Below are positions 57,285-64,000 of a stretch of DNA of 64,000 nt, piece by piece (positions within the stretch are counted from its first letter, which is position 1; the number at the start of each line of letters is the position of its first letter). Both the position numbers and the translations under genes were made by a program. Where the stretch lies: NCBI GenBank assembly GCA_023150775.1, contig JAKLKE010000004.1, positions 2,049 through 66,048 on the forward strand, given 5' to 3'. The notes beneath the pieces are model-generated. The model was not told the DNA's origin and did no database searches. It saw nothing but the letters and a program-made list of their open reading frames with translations. The stretch is from Myxococcota bacterium (GTDB lineage: Bacteria > Myxococcota_A > UBA796 > CAJQPC01).

Positions 57285-58414
57285 GTCATATTTTCGCCCT
57301 CCGCCCCCCGCGCCCTCACCCACTCCACCAGCGCCTTGTCCGACGGCGCGTTGAGCACGTTGAGCTCTGGCGCGGGCGGCAGGCCCAACAGCGCCTGCTC
57401 CCGGAGGCGGTGGGTGCGGCGCTCGCTGTCTTCGCCGAGGCGCTCGTAGCGGATGTCCTCTTCTTCGAGGCGGATCAGGGCCTCGTAGAGGGCGAGCTGG
57501 CGGGGCAGCTCTTTGCAGGCCAAGAACACGTCTACGGTGGCGGCGCAGGCCCGAGCCGCGGCTTGTTCGATGGGGAAACGGTCGGCGACGGCCTTCATGT
57601 CCATGTCGTCGGAGAAGATCACGCCCTTGAAGCCCAGCTCTCCGCGCAGAAGCTCGGCGAGCAGGCGGCGGCTCAGGGTGGCGGGGTGGTCCTCGTCGTA
57701 GGCCGGGAAGACGACATGCGCGCTCATCACGCCGGGCACCCCGGCGGCGACGGCCTCGCGGAAGGGGCGCAGCTCCATTGCCTCTAATTGGGGACGCTCT
57801 TTCTCGACGATGGGCAGGGTGAGGTGGCTGTCTTGGTGGGTGTCGCCGTGGCCGGGGAAATGTTTGACGCAGGAGGTGATGCCTTCGCTCGACGCGCCCT
57901 TCATCCAGGCCAAGAGGTGCCGGGTGACCTTGGCCGCGTCGTCACCGAAGCTGCGGTCGCCGATCACGGGGTTCTTGGGGTTGGAGTTCACGTCCGCGCA
58001 GGGCGCCCAGTTGATGTGGAAGCCCATGGCCCGCAGCTCACGGCTGAGCCCGGCGGCGAGCTGCGCGGTGATCTTGGGGTCGTCGAGGTTGCCCAGCCAG
58101 CGCGCCGGAGGCCACAAGGTCGCCCCGTTGCGCACCCGCTGAACCCGGCCGCCCTCTTGGTCGATGGTGTGCAGAGGTGGGTGGCTCGTGGGCAAGAGGC
58201 TCGTCAGCTCACGGTTCAGCTCACGCACCTGGGCGGGCTCCTCGACGTTGCGGGCGAAGAGGATGAAGCCAAAGGGGCGGATCTCCCGGATGAGCTGGCG
58301 GGTGTCGTGGTCGAGCCCCGGGCCGGGCAGGCCCAAGATGAGGCGCTGACCCGCGCGGCGTTTGCGGTCGGCCAGAGACGTAGACTCGCCGACGGCCTCG
58401 ACCTTGACCCTCAT
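57281..58414 (-). CDS. nagZ: Beta-N-acetylhexosaminidase (GH3)
   Basis: ILFARN, DQEGGRVQR, KHFPGHGDT..DSH, SDDMDM. Confidence 0.93.
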   Translation of the reverse strand: MRVKVEAVGESTSLADRKRRAGQRLILGLPGPGLDHDTRQLIREIRPFGFILFARNVEEPAQVRELNRELTSLLPTSHPPLHTIDQEGGRVQRVRNGATLWPPARWLGNLDDPKITAQLAAGLSRELRAMGFHINWAPCADVNSNPKNPVIGDRSFGDDAAKVTRHLLAWMKGASSEGITSCVKHFPGHGDTHQDSHLTLPIVEKERPQLEAMELRPFREAVAAGVPGVMSAHVVFPAYDEDHPATLSRRLLAELLRGELGFKGVIFSDDMDMKAVADRFPIEQAAARACAATVDVFLACKELPRQLALYEALIRLEEEDIRYERLGEDSERRTHRLREQALLGLPPAPELNVLNAPSDKALVEWVRARGAEGENMT

Positions 58415-58863
58415 AAGCTCTCCTCGGCGACGTCCGCGCTCGGGTCGTGGTGGGGGGCGTCCGCGTCGTGCTGGGAGAGCTCGATGAGCACGCCGCCGAC
58501 GCTCTTGGGGTGGATGAACACCACCTTCGCGCCGTGGGCCCCGGGCTTGGGGGCGTCGGACAAGAAGCGGTAGCCTTTGGCCTGGAGCCGGGCCATGTCG
58601 CCCTCGATGTCATCGGTGCGGAAGCAGAGGTGGTGAACCCCCTCGCCACGGGTGCTGAGCGCCTTGGCGATGGGGCCCTCGCCGTGGAGCGGCGCGACCA
58701 GCTCAATGCGGGTGCCTTGGAGCGGGAAAAACGCCGTAGACGTCAGCTCGGTGAGCACGTCCTCGGTGCCGTGCAGCGTGAGTCCAAAGTCTTCGACGAA
58801 ACGCCGGACGGCGGCGTTGAGATCCCCCGTCGCGATGGCGACGTGATCGAGCCCGATGATCAT
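58411..58863 (-). CDS. mce: Methylmalonyl-CoA epimerase
   Basis: DHVAIA, IELVAP, GEGVHHLCF, PGAHG..V.FIHPK..GGVLIEL. Confidence 0.92.
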   Translation of the reverse strand: MIIGLDHVAIATGDLNAAVRRFVEDFGLTLHGTEDVLTELTSTAFFPLQGTRIELVAPLHGEGPIAKALSTRGEGVHHLCFRTDDIEGDMARLQAKGYRFLSDAPKPGAHGAKVVFIHPKSVGGVLIELSQHDADAPHHDPSADVAEESL

Positions 58864-59062
58864 GCTGAGCCTCCTGGGAAGGCCCGCTCCTTATCCGTTT
58901 CACCCCTCACGGGCCTCTCTGAGCCGCCCGCCGAGGGCGTCAGGCGCCGCGTCGCGCAGATCGCGTTAACGCGGTGTCAGGTCTTCGCTTCTTTGGAGCC
59001 GCGTCGGCAATGCCGGGCGCGCTCCGCCGTACTCGGGCATCGTTCGACTCTAAGGACGCCTC

Positions 59063-60397
59063 ATGCTCCGCTCCGCTCGTCTGCTCGTTGTCCTCGCCCT
59101 CCTCTCTTTGGCTTGCTCCGGCGGCGCGGGAGGCCCTGGCGGCCCCGGCGGCGAAGGCGGCGAGGAGGAGGCCAAACGAAAGGTCGATCCCCGCACCTTG
59201 GTCACCGTCGCCGCCGTCGGCCCGGGTGAGGTCGCGGCGACGATTCAGTCCACCGGCGTCGTCGAGAGCGAGGCCCAGGCTGATCTCACCCCCGAGGCCA
59301 GCGGCACGGTGATCTCGATCTCCGTCGAAGAAGGCGACACGGTGAAGCGCGGCCAGGTGCTCGCCGTGATCCAGAACGCCAGCTTGGACGCGGCGTATGA
59401 GCGTGCGAAGGCCGAGCTGGCCCGGGCCGAGCGGGAGCTGGCCCAGGTCGAGTCGCTGCACAAGAGCGGTGCCGTCTCCAACACCGAGCTGAACACCGCC
59501 CGCGACGCGCTGAACACCGCAAAGACCACCTTGGCCGAGGCCCGCAGCTCCGCCGGGCACCTGCGGCTGGTGAGCCCCATCGACGGCACCGTCGCCGTGC
59601 GCGACCTGCGCTACGGTGAGGTCGCCGGAGGAAAACGGGCGTTTCAGGTGGTGGATCTCGACCGCCTGCGCGTCGTCGTGAAGCTCCCCGAGCGTGACCT
59701 CAGCCGCCTGCAGGTCGGCCAGCTCGCCACCCTCACCCCGGTCTATGACGCCGAGGTGCACGTCGCCGCCGAGCTCATCCGCCTCTCGCCCACCGTAGAC
59801 GCCACCACGGGCACGGTTCGCGCCACCTTGGCCCTGCCCAAAGGTGAGCGCACCTTACGCCCCGGCCAGTTTGTCTCGGCGACTCTGGAGACCGAGCGCC
59901 GCCAGGCCGCCCTCGTCGTGCCCCGGGAGGCCGTGGTCTACGACGACGGCCAGGCGATGGTCTACCGCGTCGCCATCGAGGAGCCCCCCAAAGAGGAGGC
60001 GCCCAAAGGCGGCGAAGTGAAGAAGGAGGGCGAAGAGGAGGCCAAGAAGAGCTTCAACTTCTCTTTTGGCGGAGAGGGTGGCGAAGGCGCCGAAGAAGAG
60101 AAGGAGATCGAGCTGCCCGGCCCCTACCGTGTGGCGCGAAAGGTGCCCGTCGAGCTTGGGCTCAGCGACGAAGACACCACGGAGATCGTGAGCGGCCTCA
60201 ACCCCGGCGACGAGGTGGTCGTTGTCGGCCAGGCGAACCTGCGCGACGGCGCCCGGGTGCGGTTTGAGGCCGACCCCCGCCTTGAGGACGTGATCGCTGA
60301 AGAGGAGGCCAAGAAGAAGGCTGAGGCCGAGAAGGCCGAGGGCGCCAAAGAAGACGGCGCTGAGAAGGCCGAGAAGGCCGAAGGTGAGGAGGGATGA
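59063..60397 (+). CDS. RND efflux periplasmic adaptor (lipoprotein)
   Basis: LAC lipobox, VEEGD.VKRGQVL, SPIDG.V, LRPGQF, SGL..GD.VVV.G. Confidence 0.92.
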   Translation: MLRSARLLVVLALLSLACSGGAGGPGGPGGEGGEEEAKRKVDPRTLVTVAAVGPGEVAATIQSTGVVESEAQADLTPEASGTVISISVEEGDTVKRGQVLAVIQNASLDAAYERAKAELARAERELAQVESLHKSGAVSNTELNTARDALNTAKTTLAEARSSAGHLRLVSPIDGTVAVRDLRYGEVAGGKRAFQVVDLDRLRVVVKLPERDLSRLQVGQLATLTPVYDAEVHVAAELIRLSPTVDATTGTVRATLALPKGERTLRPGQFVSATLETERRQAALVVPREAVVYDDGQAMVYRVAIEEPPKEEAPKGGEVKKEGEEEAKKSFNFSFGGEGGEGAEEEKEIELPGPYRVARKVPVELGLSDEDTTEIVSGLNPGDEVVVVGQANLRDGARVRFEADPRLEDVIAEEEAKKKAEAEKAEGAKEDGAEKAEKAEGEEG

Positions 60398-63300
60398 GCC
60401 TCCCCCCGCCGCCCGAGCGGCCCCAAGAGGGCTTCTACGGCTTCCTCGTAGACCGGCCCCTGGCCGTGCTCATGGTCTTCGTGGCCGTGGCGGTCTTCGG
60501 CTGGGTGTCTTACGGCCAGCTCCCGCTGAACCTGATGCCCGACCTGAGCTACCCCACGCTCACCGTGCGCACGGAGTACCCCGGCGCGGCCCCCGAAGAG
60601 GTCGAGAGCCAGGTCTCTCGCCGGGTGGAGGAGGCGCTGTCTACGGCGGACGGCCTGTTGAGCATCGAGTCCCGCAGCCGGGCCGAGCGCAGCGACGTGA
60701 TCTTGGAGTTCAACTGGGGCACGGACATGAGCGCCGCCGCCCAGTCGGTGCGGGAGCAGCTCCAGACGAGCACCTTCGGCGACGACGTGGGCCGCCCGCT
60801 CATCTTGCGCTACGACCCGACGCTAGACCCCATCCTGCGCATAGCGCTCTCGGTGAAGCCCGACGCCGCTGAAGAGGTCTCGCTCTTCGCGCTGCGTGAG
60901 CTGGCTGAAGACGAGGTCAAACGTGCCATCGAGACCCTCGACGGCGTGGCCGCGGTGCGGGTGCGCGGCGGCTTAGAGCGCCAGGTGCTCATCGAGGCCC
61001 GTGAGGAGTGGCTCGTCGCCCGGGGCGTCACCTTGGCCCAGCTCCAGGCCACGCTCACCGCGGAGAACGTGAACATCGCCGGGGGCTCGATCCGTGAGGG
61101 CGAGACGGAGTACCTGCTTCGCACCCTGAACGAGATCGACGACTTAGACGAGCTCAAGCGCCTGCGGGTGCGCCGCTCCGACGGCCAGACGGTGCCGCTC
61201 TCGGAGCTGGCCATCGTGCGGGAGACCTACAAAGACCGCCAGGTCATCTCCCACCTCGACGGCCAAGAGGCCGTGGAGCTGGAGGTCTTTAAGGAGGCCG
61301 ACGCCAACATCGTCTCCGTGGCCCGGCGGGTGAAGGCGTGGCTGGGTGAAGAGGGCGGCGGGGAGGTGATGCCCGGCATGGAGGGCATGGACATCCCCGG
61401 CCTCACCACGGAGACCTTCGCCGATCGTCTGCCTGAAGGCGTGACCTTCGCCGTTCTGGACGATCAAGCGGCGTTTATTGAGGACGCGATCACCAACCTC
61501 GGCGACACCGCTGTGCAGGGCGGCCTGCTCGCCATCCTCATCCTGTTCTTGTTCTTGCGCGACTTCTCGGCCACCCGCATCATCGCCATCGCCATCCCCA
61601 TCTCCATCGTGAGCGCCTTCGCGCCGATGTACCTCGGCGGCGTGTCGCTGAACCTCATGTCTCTGGGCGGCCTGGCCTTGGGCGTGGGCATGTTGGTGGA
61701 CAACTCCGTCGTCGTGCTGGAGGCGATCACGGTGTACCGCGAGGCCGGCTGGAGCCGCCGCGAGGCCGCCATCGCCGGGAGCGCCGAGGTCGCCGCCGCC
61801 GTCGTGGCCTCGACCCTCACCACCGTCGCCGTGTTTTTGCCCATCGTCTTCGTCGAGGGCGTCGCTGGGCAGATCTTCGGCGATCTCGCCCTCACCGTCG
61901 TCTACTCGCTCCTCGCCTCGTTGGCCGTGGCGCTGTTTTTGGTGCCCGTGCTCGCCGCCCGTGACTTCGGCCTCGACGGTGAGGCCGAGAGCTTTCAGAG
62001 CCTCGTGCGGGCGCCGCTCACCGGGGCCAAGACGCTCCGGGATAACCTCTCTTGGATGTGGGAGAAAAAGACGTGGCTGCTCTTGGCGCCCATCGTCCTG
62101 GGCCGTGACCTCGCCTGGATCGTCGTTGAGCTGGGCGCGCGGCTGTTCTTGGCAGTTTCTGCCATCGGTCTGTGGATCGGGGCCCGGGCCTGGGGCCTCG
62201 TCGTGCCCCGTCTCGCCGCGCTCAGCCTGCGCCTCGCCGCCTTGTTTGGCCAGGCCTGGGATCGTGTGGCGGACGCTTACCCCGCGCTGCTGAGCCGACT
62301 CATCCTGCGCCCTACGGCGGCGCTCTCCGTGGGCTTGTTCGCGTTCTTGGTGGCGATCTTGGCCTGGGGCCAGCTCGGTCGTGAGCTGATCCCCGAGGTT
62401 CACCAGGGCCGCTTCACCTTAGAGATGAGCCTGCCCGTGGGCACGCCGCTCGACCGCACGGCCGAGGTGATCGCCCAGGTCGAGGCCCTCGTGCTGGCGC
62501 ACCCCGAGGTGGAGCGGGTGTACTCGGCCATCGGCAGCGACGGGCGCTCCGACGCCCGGCCCGACGAGGGTGAACACACCGCCCGGATCCTCGTGCAGTT
62601 GAGCCCCGGCGGCGATCTCGCCGAGCGTGAGGCCCGCACCCTAGAAGACCTGCGCACCCAGCTCAAGCAGGCCACCTCGGCGGGCGTGAAGGCCAGCTCC
62701 CCGGCCCTGTTCTCGTTCAGCACGCCCGTGGAGGTGCTCGTCTTTGGCCCCGAGCTCGACGAGCTGCGCCGCACCTCCGCCGAGGTCGTGGGACGCCTGG
62801 AGGGCGTGGAGGGCCTGCGTGACGTGCGCTCGTCCCTCGTCGCGGGCTTCCCCGAGGTGCGCCTGCGCTATGACCGCGCGCTCATGGACCGCTTCGGGCT
62901 CTCCACCTCGTCCGTGGCCGCCGCCCTGCGCGACAAGATCCAAGGCGTCGAGGCCACCCGCATGAGCCGGGGCGAAAAACGCGTAGACATGGTCGTGCGC
63001 CTGGTCGAGGCCGACCGCGCGTCCTTGGCCGACCTAGAGCGGGTGAACGTGAACCCGAACCTCGACCCGCCGATCCCGCTCAGCGCCGTCGCCACCTTGG
63101 AGTCCGCCGAGGGCCCGAGCGAGGTGCGCCGGGTGGATCAGCGCCGGGCCGCGGTGATCACGGCGAACTTGGAGGGCTTCGACCTCAACGCCGCCCGCGA
63201 GGGCATCGCCCAGGCCCTCGTCGGCCTCGATCTGGAGCCCGGCTACAGCTACACCCTCGCCGGTCAGGCTGAAGAGATGGACCGCAGCCTCGACGCGATG

Positions 63301-63825
63301 ATCTTCGCGCTCTTGCTCGCGGTGTTCCTCGTCTACGTCATCATGGCGAGCACCTTTGAGAGCCTGGTTCACCCCTTCATCATCCTGTTCACCGTGCCGA
63401 TGGCGGCGGTGGGTGTGCTGCCGGTCTTGTTGCTCACCGGCACGCCGCTCTCCGTGGTGGCGTTCATCGGCGTCATCGTGCTCGCCGGTGTGGTCGTGAA
63501 CAACGCCATCGTGCTCGTGGACCGCATCAACCGCGGCCGCGAACAAGGGGAGTCTCTGGAGGAGGCCGTCGTCGCCTCGGGTCGGGCGCGGCTGCGGCCG
63601 ATCTTCATCACCACGGCCACGACGGTGATCGGCCTGTTGCCGCTCTCGCTGGGCTTCGGCGCGGGGGCGGAGCTGCAGCAGCCCTTGGCGGTGACGGTCA
63701 TCGCCGGGCTCTCGGCCTCGACCTTGCTCACCTTGCTCGTGATCCCGGCGATCTACCTGCTCATTGAGCGGCTGCGACTCCCGGCCCCGGCGCCCGCGTC
63801 CGACACCACGGAGGACGGCCCATGA
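60394..63825 (+). CDS. RND (AcrB/AcrD/AcrF) permease
   Basis: RP..V.M, YPGAAPEEVE, GMLVDNSVVV.E, VNNAIVLVD, RLRPIF.T. Confidence 0.95.
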   Translation: MSLPPPPERPQEGFYGFLVDRPLAVLMVFVAVAVFGWVSYGQLPLNLMPDLSYPTLTVRTEYPGAAPEEVESQVSRRVEEALSTADGLLSIESRSRAERSDVILEFNWGTDMSAAAQSVREQLQTSTFGDDVGRPLILRYDPTLDPILRIALSVKPDAAEEVSLFALRELAEDEVKRAIETLDGVAAVRVRGGLERQVLIEAREEWLVARGVTLAQLQATLTAENVNIAGGSIREGETEYLLRTLNEIDDLDELKRLRVRRSDGQTVPLSELAIVRETYKDRQVISHLDGQEAVELEVFKEADANIVSVARRVKAWLGEEGGGEVMPGMEGMDIPGLTTETFADRLPEGVTFAVLDDQAAFIEDAITNLGDTAVQGGLLAILILFLFLRDFSATRIIAIAIPISIVSAFAPMYLGGVSLNLMSLGGLALGVGMLVDNSVVVLEAITVYREAGWSRREAAIAGSAEVAAAVVASTLTTVAVFLPIVFVEGVAGQIFGDLALTVVYSLLASLAVALFLVPVLAARDFGLDGEAESFQSLVRAPLTGAKTLRDNLSWMWEKKTWLLLAPIVLGRDLAWIVVELGARLFLAVSAIGLWIGARAWGLVVPRLAALSLRLAALFGQAWDRVADAYPALLSRLILRPTAALSVGLFAFLVAILAWGQLGRELIPEVHQGRFTLEMSLPVGTPLDRTAEVIAQVEALVLAHPEVERVYSAIGSDGRSDARPDEGEHTARILVQLSPGGDLAEREARTLEDLRTQLKQATSAGVKASSPALFSFSTPVEVLVFGPELDELRRTSAEVVGRLEGVEGLRDVRSSLVAGFPEVRLRYDRALMDRFGLSTSSVAAALRDKIQGVEATRMSRGEKRVDMVVRLVEADRASLADLERVNVNPNLDPPIPLSAVATLESAEGPSEVRRVDQRRAAVITANLEGFDLNAAREGIAQALVGLDLEPGYSYTLAGQAEEMDRSLDAMIFALLLAVFLVYVIMASTFESLVHPFIILFTVPMAAVGVLPVLLLTGTPLSVVAFIGVIVLAGVVVNNAIVLVDRINRGREQGESLEEAVVASGRARLRPIFITTATTVIGLLPLSLGFGAGAELQQPLAVTVIAGLSASTLLTLLVIPAIYLLIERLRLPAPAPASDTTEDGP

Positions 63826-64000
63826 GAAGCTGGCTCCCCGCCATGGCCGTGCGCCACCCGGTCACGGTGCTGATGACCTTCTTGGCCACCTTGGTGCTCG
63901 GGGCCCTGGCCTACGCGCGCATCCCGCTCCAGATGATGCCTTCGGGCTTCTCCGCGCCCTACATCTGGGTGCAGGTGCCCTGGATCAACGCGACCCCCTC
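63822..64000 (+). CDS. Second RND permease (partial, runs off window)
   Basis: MRSWLPAMAVRHPVTVLM...IPLQMMPSG; ATGA overlap with previous permease. Confidence 0.8.
   Translation, partial: MRSWLPAMAVRHPVTVLMTFLATLVLGALAYARIPLQMMPSGFSAPYIWVQVPWINATP

Overview
High-GC window whose gene content looks like a myxobacterium or related deltaproteobacterium (sigma54-driven type IVa pilins, MYXO-CTERM-like tail, TSP3-repeat OmpA, Asp-rich lipoproteins, Ser/Thr kinase); the lineage is inferred from gene content only. The backbone is housekeeping: larC 3' end, xseB with XPB helicase and partner, pruA, a cobalamin riboswitch with a TonB uptake operon, etfBA under a FadR-like TetR, transaldolase, folK, sat, a CobW GTPase, nagZ, mce and an RND system. 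Several small accessory modules interrupt it. The most striking is a minimal graspetide (omega-ester/amide RiPP) locus: a 53-aa precursor with two exact EYKTMAIPEEPGD cores (KTxxxxEE, a Lys variant of plesiocin TTxxxxEE) 6 bp upstream of an ATP-grasp ligase, directly downstream of a low-GC HigB-HigA-SecB toxin-antitoxin-chaperone triad. Also notable are an Rpn-family nuclease with an internal RpnS start plus a stand-alone RpnS copy, a tandem two-cassette structure upstream of pilA in a pilin-glycosylation locus, a HEPN plus BolA-like gene pair, and a pair of degenerate REC-Hpt-REC-REC-GGDEF proteins. All calls are motif recognition by eye; no database searches were run.
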